Shown here: positions 48,801 through 60,800 of the stretch, in pieces
Layout: every line of letters begins with the position of its first letter
How positions within the stretch are numbered: position 1 is the stretch's first letter
Notes under the pieces: generated by a model
Seen by the model: the letters and a program-made list of their open reading frames with translations, nothing else
The model's database searches: none
Told to the model about the DNA's origin: nothing
Origin: Raillietiella orientalis
Lineage: Eukaryota
Length of the DNA: 64,000 bases
Assembly: GCA_036172245.1 (NCBI GenBank)
Contig: JAYWIR010000014.1
Span: forward strand, 1,736,001-1,800,000
Reading direction: 5' to 3'
Translations under genes and position numbers: made by a program

Positions 48801-51800
48801 TGGAGGTCCAGAACACGTGCAAGGGCTGCGTTGCAACGGACTCTAGAAAGCAGGCAGATTTCTCACCCTTGTAGGGGCGCAGCCTTTTCGGCCTCTCGGC
48901 ACCTGCAGAGATCCCTGGAAGGACTCGCGTAATCGTGACCCCTCGTGACTCGCACACGCGCCCAACACGGTGTGGTGGGCGAGTCTCCGTTTCCGAAGGA
49001 GTTGGAGGCTGGTGGAGATGCACGAGTCAGCATCTCCGAGAGCGGCGGCTTCCTCGCTACGTAAGACCCACAGGGAATGGCGGGAACCCACTCGACTGTC
49101 CCATCACTGTTTTTTTCCCACCCGCCCCACCTGCACCCCCATTCTTCCTTCCCTCTTCACCGCCTCTCCGCAAAGGGAGCTGTAGAAGCGCTTCCCGGGA
49201 TGTGCTTCTCGCCTCAGTCTCACAACGGGCTGTCGGAAACCCTTGCTTCCGGCGGGATCCTCATAGATCCCTAGAGTCTTTGCCCCTCCCCACCTAACAG
49301 TCAATGGGGGAGCTACCTATCTTGCGCAGGATGTCTTTGTCGTGGCAGTGCTTCTCATACGTGTCAAACCTGACCAGGCGCACCTCCAGGCGCATGTTCT
49401 CGAGCGGGACGACACCTCTGCAAGAGAGAGAGAAAGTCATACTTCAGAAACAACGGAGGGGGGGGGGAAGAGGTCGGTGGGTTTCCCTGAGAGCAGGGGC
49501 GGAGGAGAATGGAAGAACCTGCTCGAGACAGCCCGCGGATTCCGGAAGGAGAAGGAAAGGCCTCTCCCCTTCCTATCCCCTCTCCTTCTGCCCTTCCAAC
49601 CAGTTCCCTCCCTCTCCTCACACTGGCTAACCCCCCGATCCTGGGAGCGGGAAACCTTCCTGCATAGGACGGTGCGGCACCTGAGGGATTCTTCTTCCCT
49701 CTTTCGATGCTGGTAAATGTCCGAAAAAGTTCGCCTGGACACTCTCGACTCAAGGAAACTTTTTGGGTGAACGGCGCCTGTCCCTGCCACGCTCGTCTCA
49801 GGGAGGGGGAGGTAGGAGCGGCAAGCTGCACCCAAGGAGCAGTGGGTGAAGATGCACCCCAGGCACTATGACCGAGAGATGCTTCTTCCCTGTCTTTCTA
49901 TTCCATCTTAGGAAGGAAGAGGGGGGAGGTAGAGGGCTGGAGCCACCAGCAGGACAGCAGATGGGCAGATTGGAAGGAGGCGCTTCAAAAGGGAAGAAGA
50001 GGGGCTCCCGAAGAAGCAGAACGCACCGTCTCTGCCTGCTTGGAGGAAACGCCAGCTTCTCAGGGAAAGGTGGGTTCTTCCTATGGAAGTACCCACGGAG
50101 GTCGACCTTGAAGATCTCCCTCGAGAACTCTCCTTAGGAGGGAGAAACGGAAAAATCTTCCGGAGAGATCACTCGCCTCGGAGCGCGCAGAGGCGTTTCC
50201 CGGGAGACGCCTGGGAAGGTTCCATGAAGAATCCGCACGCACTCTTCTGCGTCCCAGGAAAGCAGAGCTGAAAGGGGAGCAGTGCCCGGGACGTCGAGAC
50301 CATCCCTCCCTCGAGATTCCCCGAGGGTCCGTTGACGTCATACCCGTGGGCGACATCAGGATCATGGCGACATTCAAAAATGGGGCAAGTAAGGCACTGG
50401 AGGGAGAAATTGAGGAGTTGCCTAAGATACCGCTCAGGTAGGGAGGTTTCTCTCGCGAACCGCACCCCAGAGGACGTCCGCAGGCGTGAAGAAAAGGCCT
50501 TCTCTCTCTCATCCCATTGGGTTCTTCTTCAGGGAACCTCGAGACAAAGGGGGAAGGACCCACGAAAGCGGGGATGCTGCCGAAGGTGGTCCGGATGGGA
50601 TGGATGCCTCGCCTCCTTTCCGTAGGGGAGGCACAGGCAGACCAAGGGTTCCACCCCACCCCTCCCATCGGTCCCTTCCTCCGAGAAGAGGAAGGGAGAA
50701 GGCCACGTGAGATTCCACTTACATCTGCTTCTTCTTTTTCCTCTTGGCCACCAACAGTGCCCTGTTCAGGTGAGAGATGCGGATCACCGAGGGATTCAGC
50801 TTGCAAGCCTCTCCATCCACCTGGACCGGGATGACTTTCTCTGTGCGAACGTAGGCGCTCCGGCACTGGGCAATGCACGTACCATGGGCCCCCGCCTGCA
50901 GCAGCGTCTAGAGAGAGAGGAAAAGGAGGGAAGAAAAAAAGGAGCGTGCAGTCTGCACCGACTGGGAGGAAGGAAGTTGGTCCCGACCTTCGTCCTCACA
51001 GAGGAACTCCCTGAGTCCCATCCTCCTCTCACCTTCCTGGTTTCCGCGCACGCACAGGGAGAAGGCTGGCGGCTGTCCGGGGACCGTGGAGAACTTCTTC
51101 GCCTGCCCCTCGGAGGAGCGACCAGGAATCCGAGGACAACCATCCGAGAGTTTCTTTGCGACCGCGGAGCGGCTCGAAGAAGCGAGAGGAGGCGCCACCG
51201 TGCTCCCCCCACTCGTCTGACCCTCTTGCCCCCCTCTGAACGTGCGCACATCCACGCCCTTCTTCACAGAGCTGGAGAGCACGGAGGCCGCCGCAGCCAA
51301 GGGAGACGCGCGTCTCCTGGGAGTCCACCCTGAACAGACGAACCCTTGCCCTTTCTACTACTCCTCGTCGGAATTCCTCGTTCCCCATCCATAGAGCACC
51401 ACCTTCCTCGTGTCCATAACCACGTGTCGGGGAGGGAGGAGGAGAAAGGAGCGAGGAAGAGCAGATCTGTCGAGGAGCGGTCTTTCCCTTGCCCCATTTT
51501 CCCATCTAATTGTCCGCTGCTATCCCGAAGATGTCGAGAGTTCCTCCCCGGCACTGTTTGGAACGCATGTCCGGAAGGGTGCTTGAGGGTAGAAGGGGAA
51601 GGGGACGGAAGGATCCTTTCCTCGAAGATCGTCCGAGAGTCTTTCCGTCTGGGCGCTCTCGATTGCTGTCTGGATGTGGCTAAGGGTGGGAGAGAGCGAT
51701 CGACTGTGTCTCATCCAACGATTCCGGTCACTGATGGGGAGAGGGTCAGGCTGTAAAGGTACAAGCGTTGCCTCTGGGTCGATTTCTTCCTCGAGTGTTC

Positions 51801-54800
51801 CCAGGTAACCGAAAAGGACCAAAACTGACAGAACTTGAGTTACCACTCCAAGAAATGTCCAGGAATTCTCCTCCAAAGAGAACAGGAAAGGAAAGAATTC
51901 CAGGAATTTTTCCTCATCCGATGTCTTTTCCTTTCAGTTTTTCTTTCATTCAGAGGAGAGAAAAAGGCGTCAGAGACGCGAGAGCTGGCTGTGGCTTCGA
52001 GAAGGGGGAAGGAGAGTATAGAGTAGAGAGGACAGCAACGACAAATGGGGTCATCTAGAGCCTGCAGAAGGTCAGTGAGCTAGCGGATCCGAGGACCACT
52101 GCCCGTCTGAGTCCCTGAAGAGGGAACACTCCCGGAAGGAAGCTGGAGGGAAACCGTTGAGTGAAGAGTGGACCGGTGACCAGCACCCTTGCTCGAACCA
52201 GCACCCTTGCTGGATGAGAAAGGAGGTGAGGACGCACGAGATGAGCGGCGAGGTGAATCCGCCAATGGGAAGAAGGAGGCTAGTCATTTGCGCGTGATCA
52301 CAGCGAGATGCCACGCTAATTTTCTCCTCGAATTCCTCGCTTAGACTCTCTTGTGTCAACTCCTCCTCCCCCGTCTCGGATCTGGCGCGAAGAAAGCCAC
52401 TGCCCGCCGAAGGGATTCCGGAATTCAAGCGAAAAGCGTCTTCTTCCTGTCTTCCAAGTACCTCCGCAGGAAGGCCCCGGGGCGAAAAACAAAGGGAGAA
52501 GAAAGGGGCAGTGGTGAAGGAGGCATGCGATTCAGGCGACCCTGAGTGCGAGAAGAGACGAGAGATTCGGGAGCGTTCATCTCGGGATCGGAACCAAGGT
52601 CAGGAAGGGGGACAGGGAAGTGGCAAGGTGGAAACCCAGCTGTATCCAGGAAGTGAGAAAGGGAAGACCCCACCGAACAAGAGCTACCCTCAAGACATTG
52701 TCATCGAGACGGTCACGCACTGCTCGAGTTGGAAGGAGTTGACCCTTGTGACAAGAAAAGGACGGCCAAAGCCCCACTTGCGGGGAAAGGAAGAAACCTC
52801 ATTTTTCACTCTTCCCCACTCGAGACCCTTCCCTCTCCAGGGGATCCTCCCTGTTTGTTCCCTCCGCAAACCTTTCTTGCCTACGGGGGATGCCTCCCCT
52901 CTTCTACCCTTCCTACAAGCACTCCAGGAGGAAGTGTGCCAGCTCCTCCCAACGCGGTAGCGCATGTGCGGGAGAAGCCACTGCTAGCCGCAGAGGCCTC
53001 AACATCTCGCGCAGGTGGGAATCGTCCTCCTTTTCTATCCAGGGACGGGAAGGGCTCCTCCAGCATCCGATCCAGCGATAAATCTACAGCGCTCCTTACT
53101 CCTCAATTCCCAAGAAGTGCATCGGGAAATCGGCTGGACCGGACCACTGCGCCTTTGACGATTTCGCACAAGAACAGCGGAGGCTTCAGCCACGCAAAAA
53201 ACGGGAAGTTCATCTTCAGGAGCCAAAGTGTCGAGAGATTCGGGAGCACTCATGTCGGGGTCGGAAGCGAAGTCTTTCGGAACACTATCGGAACTTCTGG
53301 GAGCAGTCAGTTCTGTGAACTTCTATGAACTTCACTTCTGTAAAGTTTCACTTCTGTGAGCCCTTCGTGCGACAGTCAGTTTATCACCGGGTGAATGACT
53401 GTCGCACTACCCTCCTATCCGCACATACTTCTCTCAATGAGCCAACGGGTTCGGAGTTGAGGACCGGCGCCGACTCTGAGGAGGATTCCTTTTTTAAGAG
53501 GATCGACGGGAGATGTGGGGATGACAATCGTTCTCAGGGAAGAGTCCTTTTCTCCGGTCATCGCTGAGGGTTCGCTTCTGACACTCTGGAGAGGCGAACC
53601 ACGGGGAAGCAGGGATATCACCCAGCTCCATGGTACGCGATGGATGCGACTCCATGTTCACGACCAGAAGGGAACCCCGAGGCTCCTTGATTCCTGGAAG
53701 GACGCCGGAGGGTCGATTTCCGATCCCAGTCAGTCAACGTGGGCATCTGGGGGTTTCCGGGTGCTTCCACCAGTACTGCGCCCAAACCCGGCGGGCCAAC
53801 CAGCGCTATCTTTCGGGGGAGGAGAGGACTCAAACCACGACGCGCACCCCCGTTCTCGGCGTCGATCCTCCACGTGGGGATTCGAACCCGCAACCCTGGG
53901 TACCGCGCGCAGAGACCTCAACCACACGGCCGCCAACGCGGGCCATGACCGCATGAGCAGATGGAGAGACCAAGGCAAGTGCTCTCATAGGGAACTCTGT
54001 GCATGGCAGAAGGCATACGTAGCATGCGTTCTCGTAGGTGCCCGGAGGAGCAGCCGGTGAGTTTCGTCACTACATCTTATCCTGGTGAGCACTTTCTTCT
54101 CAAGGATGATGATGTTTCCTCCCTGGGTGTTTCTCCCTTTGACGGAATACATCGGCGCAGTCCCCCCACGGCATGTCGTGACTTCTACGAACTTTTGGCA
54201 AAAAAAGTGCAAAAACATGGTTGGAAGAGTGATGGTCCGCGATAGTTCACCGCAAGAACTCTAGATGGTGTTGAGACTGATACCATGTAGCAGCGCTCGT
54301 TTGTTTGGTAGATGCTCCGCACCGATCGAAGCGACGGGGATCTCGTAAACCACGTTCTCGCGCATCTCGATGAGCTGCTGCCAGCAGCTACGGATGTAAA
54401 AAAAGGCAAGAAATTGGAAACGATCCTGCGCAGGCGCGGTTAGCAACAACAAGATTGTGCAGGAAGTTTGGCATCAGGGGGACCTCACCGGGCTTACCGG
54501 AAAATCGCCATGCTCACTCTCCGGTGACACTAGATGGGCTCCACGTGTTGCCCACGTGGTCGTCGGGAAAAAAAGGCGCAGAAGAGCTGTCTAGCGGACT
54601 GCAATCTGCAACAACCTGTGTGTGCTAGATTTTCCCATGGAACTCCAGGAAAAGAGTCTCATCAAAAGCCAGCAGCAAGGTGAGGGTCCATCCACATCGC
54701 GCTGGATGGGGTTTTACAATTTCTACAGCACGCCTGGAGAAGACTGGTCCTTTGCCAACTTCATCATGCGGTAGCATCAATTTGAGAATGAAAGCCAAGG

Positions 54801-57800
54801 GTCAAGGGTTGCGAGGGAGTCATTCCCGAAGAGAGTTTTTCCTGTTTCGGGAAGAACGAAGAACGTAATCCGCAACGAAGGGTGTCGTAATGGGAGATGA
54901 GAAGTGCTCCTGCTGCTGTGTTGTAAGCAGAAGCACTCTCGGTAGGAAAGATTCTGAAAATTCAGCTTGGGTAAAGGTGCTAAGAGTTGAGTGCATCCAG
55001 GCAAAAGAGGCCTCTTCATCCTTAACGCACTCCCTGGTGGGAGGCAGAACGTGAGAGGGCGAAGACCGCTTCGGGGAGACGAGAATTGAATGCATCGGCT
55101 GCGCGCTGAGAAAGCAGCGATCAACCTAAATGGATTCTCTGGTCGCCTTCGCATTACTGCGAAAACGCAACCGTCCTCTCAATGAAGGACCAACTTGTCT
55201 CTCATTACGAGGCTGCTCCCGGAAAAATTTCCAGACACTGACAAACGTGCTCTCCCTCATCTTCTTACCAACAAAGACTCTTTCCGTTTCATTCTTAGAC
55301 AAACAATCTGTGTCCATAGAGATCCACTGTCATACACGGAGCAGAGTCCAGATAAAACTATCCTGTAGGTTTCATTCTTCGCCAGGCGCACTGGACGTCA
55401 GCCGAGGGTTTTTCGGCTGGCAAGGTGTGGACACGTGTGAGGGTGCCCTTTCTAAATAGAGACGAGTATGAAAAAAAAAAAAAAGCATCGTGACGCTGCT
55501 ACAGTGCCAACGGTTTTTGGAGATGAATCTTCTAATGATCTGCAGCCTGTCTCTTAGTGTCAAGCTCTTTCTCCAGGATGATTTTTCCGAGGTCGGGATG
55601 GCTATTTGCACGCTTTCTCCGAACTGAAGGAGGCACACTGTTGCGCTTGCGAAGACTCTTGCTGTGTCTTCCTCTCCCTGTGTATCTTCCTCCCTCGCTG
55701 TATGCGTCGCTGCGTCACGTCTCATTGATTCGCCAGATCGCTTGCTCTCAGGACATCGCCTGTGGTCTTGCCAGCAATTCGACCGCTTTGGGTTCCGAAC
55801 TCGAAGGTTGTTTGGACGGATCACTGCCGATCCACAAGTGGGGACCAACGCTGTCGGGGAGCAGGAGGATCAGTACCTCCATACATACATGTGCAGTACT
55901 GATCCTTCTGCCCGTCTGCTCCTCAAAACCGCGGCAGTTTCGAGGAGTTCTCAGGGTCAGGCATCTGAGAATGAGGAAGGTGCCTCACCTTCCTTATTCT
56001 CAGATGCGCGTGTTTGTCTTCGTTCCCACGCTCGAGAGCCGCTGAGAGCCTCGGTCGAAGGGATGGGTGTTCCTCCACTTGTTCGAAGCTCCGAAGAGGA
56101 ACACAAAGGTTCATTTGCCAGAGGACCCTCTTTCGACGCAAAGTTCCACCTCCTGCGGGTCAGGAACAACCCGTCTCCGTGCGGATCAGACGGTCCGTTC
56201 AGGTGCGCGTCCCGCCTCCTGTCTGCTCTCCCCTGCCTTGGAAAGCGTCCACGCGACGGTGTTCTCCAAGATCTCGTTGTTTTCGGGCGAGAGACGCTCC
56301 TCCCCGGTCGGCCCATCTCCGTTCCGCACGAGCGGGTGGGGCAACCCGCGGTTTCCAGCGCGCTTTTTGCGGCTTGGTGGAGCGTGGAAGATGGATGGAT
56401 GCGCTCCTTCATCGCGATTCCGTTTCGTCTCTTCTTCTTCGTCTAAGGTCATTCAGAGTGACCTCAGGAATGCGAGTCTGTATTCCCCCCATGTGTGGAT
56501 ACATGTGTCTCGTCTCGATCCATTGCCCTATTCTTTTTTAGTTGATCACAAATTAAGCATGATGAAAAATCTGCTCGTGAACCGAAGAGTACACAAATGA
56601 GGGAGGTATCAAGGGAGGGGCAAGAAAAAAGGGCACGCTGGCTCCGAGAGAATACCAAAGAGAACCACGATGCATGCATTGGAAGGGTAGGGTCCCCTCC
56701 ACCCTCAGGAGGGAGCACAAGGAAAAGCAAAGAGATCCTCCCCTCCTTCCCAGCGACTTCGAGGAAAGACGAAAAAAGGGGATGCCGAAACTGGTCCTGG
56801 GAAGCTTGGCGAAGCAGAGTTGTCCTTCCGGTCATTCTGGGAACGGAGAGCGAAAGGATAAACAAAGTGAGCGCGAAAGTCACGGCATGGCGCGGGGAGG
56901 AGGCCACGGCACGAATGGAAGCGATGGATGACCGCAGGACGGCACGCAGTTTTGTTCGGGAAGAGCGAATGGTACTGGTATGGCGAAGGAGGAGGTGTGT
57001 GTGGGGAAGAGATTCGGTAGAGGGTAGTGGTTTGGCTGCTTGCAAAGGTCATGTGGCCGCGGGTCAGATCCGAGGGTTGTTCAAACCCGGTAAAGCAAAA
57101 GGGGATCAGTGCCCGAAGGCAGCACTGGCCACGATCCTCAACTTCCTCGATAGCGGAACCCCTGGGTTCCCCATCTGCCTGTTTCCTTTTCCCAGACGCG
57201 GAGCTGGCCTGTTTTTCTTCTAGGAGGAGGGCATGAATGGAGCACCGCGGTGCCGCTGCCTCGAACATCAACGGGAATGACTACTGCTACTCCTTGTTTT
57301 TGTTTTTTCTCTCGAGGAAGCGATCCCAACAGCCACTGAACCAGCTGCCCATACGCTCTGCGTCACCAATGTTTTCGCCCTCCTGAACTTCATTGGCACC
57401 TGAAGGCCGCTGAAGAGGAAAAAGATCTCTCTCAGAATCTGTGGAGCTGGGAAACGAAGGCTCGTCGCCGCGCCATCCAGCGGGCGAAAGACATGTCATG
57501 TCTCCTCGCTCCCCTTTACCGGCGGAAGGGGGACGGACCCGCAGGCGGACTGTCAGTTTGCGGACTCCTGCGGAATGATGCGCAACGTGCTCGGTTAGTG
57601 ATCTCGAATCTTCTCCGATCAGCCAGGATCCCTACTCTCCCCCCTCCCCCATCCACCCACCCATTGTGCGCGAGAAAACTCTCTCTGCCTTCCCACCGGT
57701 CCCCTTCTGCATCCTCCCGGTACTGCGGGGAGGAGCTGCTGAGCTCTGATGAGCCCGAAACGAATAGCAGGAGAGGACTCGCGAAGTGAAGGAGGATCTG

Positions 57801-60800
57801 CGCGTCAGCTCCATCGCCAGCATCTGTCGTCCAGAGCGCGGGTACGTCGTCGGCTCGTCTCAACGAGACTCGAGGCTCTCTTCCTCCTCTTGTGATGAAG
57901 ATGGGAAACGCTGCAGCAGGGCACGCAAGGGTGCTGCCGCACTGGCGAGGGAAGGATGCCGTGAGCGATATCTTCCGTGCCGGCTGCAAGGGGAGAGGGA
58001 GAGTCGGCCCCTTGGAGAGGTCGGGGAACGGCGGAAGAGAGAGAGGTAGCGGAGTGGAGCTGCAAACGCTCTGCAAAGCCCCAGCGGAAAAAGCAGCGTC
58101 TTCAGCACGCAACTCGGATGCAGTGCCGACGTATCACTCACGGAATGGATTACTGGAATGAGCGCACTTTCTGGGATGCAGCCTCTTTATCGGGCCCATT
58201 TTTTTTTTTTTTTTTTTGCTGGATGGGAGTGCATCGAGGAAGTAACAATTTCCTTTCCCTCCTGCTGCTGCTGCACGGGAAAATTCGCTGAGCTTCCGCA
58301 TCCTGGCAGCGGGATGTCATCAAGGGAATGTGTTTCAGGAAGGTCACTCCTTGCTGCACGGAGGCACCTAGAAGTGAGTCGGAAAGCCGGAAGGATGCGC
58401 TTCCTTCAGTCCAACTCGCCGATGCTTCATACTAGGGACAGTCTCGGTACTGCAACTTTCCTGCCGAGCTGAGTGCCACGCCTGCGAAGGAGAAACTTTG
58501 CCGGAGGCAAAGGATCTCGGACGTGACGAGGAACCACCTCCCGCCGCTTGATAGCGTTTCTAGGCACGAGGAGGCCCTTCCGGATCTTGATGCCTGCTGA
58601 CGAGTCTCCCCTTTGCTCCGAGCACGTGAATCATTCACTGGCTGATGAAACATTCAAGCGGTCGTCAAGGGAAATCGATGGTGTCGGATCCGCCTTCCTT
58701 TTCCTCTCCGCGCGCGTCGGGCGCATCGGGAACACGCACCGCCTCTCGGTCGCGCGCGACCGGGCGGAGAAACTTCCCAGTCCGCCGACCGGGCAGCCAG
58801 TCTCTTTGCTGAGGCTCTCCCCGCGTTACGCTGGGTACGGGAAACGTGGGACGATGACGTTGATGGCGCTGCGAACTCCGCGGTTGCGTCCCTTCGTTTT
58901 CTAGAAGAGGCGGGAGAAGGGCAGTGATGCTCAGAGTGTTGACGGATCATCCCCCCCCGTCTGGGTGTGACCAGAAAAACCCAACGAGCAGAGACAGCAG
59001 GTTTCAGCAGGAGGGTTTCCAGAAGCATTTGCAGGGATACCAGGCACGCGCGTAACTCTCACAGCAACAGCGTACAGAGGCACGCCCTTTTTCAGCGCGC
59101 GCGCGCGCGCACGCGCGGAGATGAGGACGTGGTTCTCTCGTCGTATGGGAGCCGAGCATTCGTGCTGGAAGTAGTGACTGCGCTGCCCGCTTCCATGAAG
59201 AGTCTTCCGCTTGCTGCGTCCTCGCCAGCTTCCCGCCGCACCCTGGCATTCGGACCAAGCGCGATTCGGAGGTCTGGCCTCCGGCTTCAGGCTCGCTTTG
59301 CGATGGACCAGAGACGAGTAGACAGGATATCGTCGTTCGATGGAAATGCTTGCCTGGCCGACGCCCCGGAGCGCCTTGTGGACTCTCTGTGGGGATACCG
59401 CCGGATGCCTTCCCCTGGGCTGCATGTTCCTCTCGCACTTGGAACCCGATACTGGGGATCAAATTCTGCAGAGGCAGAGAATCTCTCGGCAGTAGCTGGA
59501 GACGCAGGAAGTCGCTTTCAAAGAGCAACGAGTGGAATGCAACGTCCTTGGCGGTATTGTTTGACGTGATCGCTCCTGGCCGCAAGGACAAATCTTCGAA
59601 TCCCTTTTCCTGAGTCGTTCGGGGAAACATGGAAGGAGCGAAGGAAATCGCCCCCCTTTCCAGAGCCCCAGGCAGTGACAAGGGTTCAGGAAATTCCGGC
59701 CTGCGAGAACCCCGCGTCCTCGATGCCCGCGTGCAATAAGAGAAGCGGACTGTGCACTCGCTGTTGCCACTGGCGCTTGCAAGAACTCTCAAGATGAAGC
59801 GAAAGACCTTTGCGTCTGGAATATTGGGATTCTGAACTAGGAGACAAGAACGAACCTTGTGAGGTGGAGGAGAAATTCATTCCCGGAAACCGGGAAGAAA
59901 AGCGCAAGATAATGAGGTTGATCCAAAGAACGCGCTACCTCAAGGGCCGCGGACGGAGACGGGCTGTTGCCTCTGAGCTAAAGAACTGATCAACACACCG
60001 CGAATGACCATGAGGGCAGCGGTAAGATAGGCATGGAGAGAAAGGCGCAAGCAGAAACAGCAGCCAGCAGTGAAAGCACGAGCCAGAGTCGATGTCTGGT
60101 TTCCAAAATCGGAATTTATCCCCAGTGGTAACGAATCGCTCGCTCCGCTTGGAATGCCTGCCATCCTCCTCGTGCGATACCAAAGTATCTCATCAGCTTT
60201 GGAGGAAGCGAGGCAGGTATTTCTCGGAGAATACGCCGTTCCTTTACGTTGCAGTGCTTCACGAGCTCGTCTGCTGGCAGCCCCATTCTCATGGTAGCCT
60301 TCAGAGACACCGGTCAGTTCCGGAATTCACTGTTTTCTCGTTCACGCGCTGCATTGCTGGAGAGACTTGTGGCTTGATCTGGAAGCACGATCTGGGTGCA
60401 CAAGAAACGTAGTATGCTTTATTATCCGGTGGATGCAGCTGCTCTTTCGGGTCGCCTCCACCTTCAGTATTTCCCGAAGCGACCGTTACATTGCAAGAGA
60501 TCAGCAGATGATGCCAAGGGAGAGCTCAGTTGGAAACGGTAAGGGGCGTCCGCAACGACCGAGCACCTGCCTCTGCTCGGGGAGCTTCCATGAAAGCAAC
60601 TGGCGGTCTAAAAACAGGAGTTAACGATTCATGAGGTCACTCCCGTAGAGGGCACATCAAAGGGCAACTGCTTCAACTCGTTAATGAGAGGCGGCAAAAA
60701 GACACAAGGGTAACAAAGGGCCCATTCCTGAAGACAGTTCCAGGGAAGGAAGATGGGTAAAAAAAATGGGCAGAAAGTAGCGACGAATGAAAAAAAAGGC

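Noticed and set aside
53870..53944. Functional tRNA gene at the B-box GGTTCGAATCCC (also 16.5, 30.2, 37.2 kb)
   Set aside because: Acceptor and anticodon stems are imperfect and vary between copies, and each is fused to the same repeat body, so these are SINE heads.
57740..57775. Hammerhead-like CTGATGAG-CCC-GAAAC
   Set aside because: No room for stem II and no stem I/III partners found nearby.
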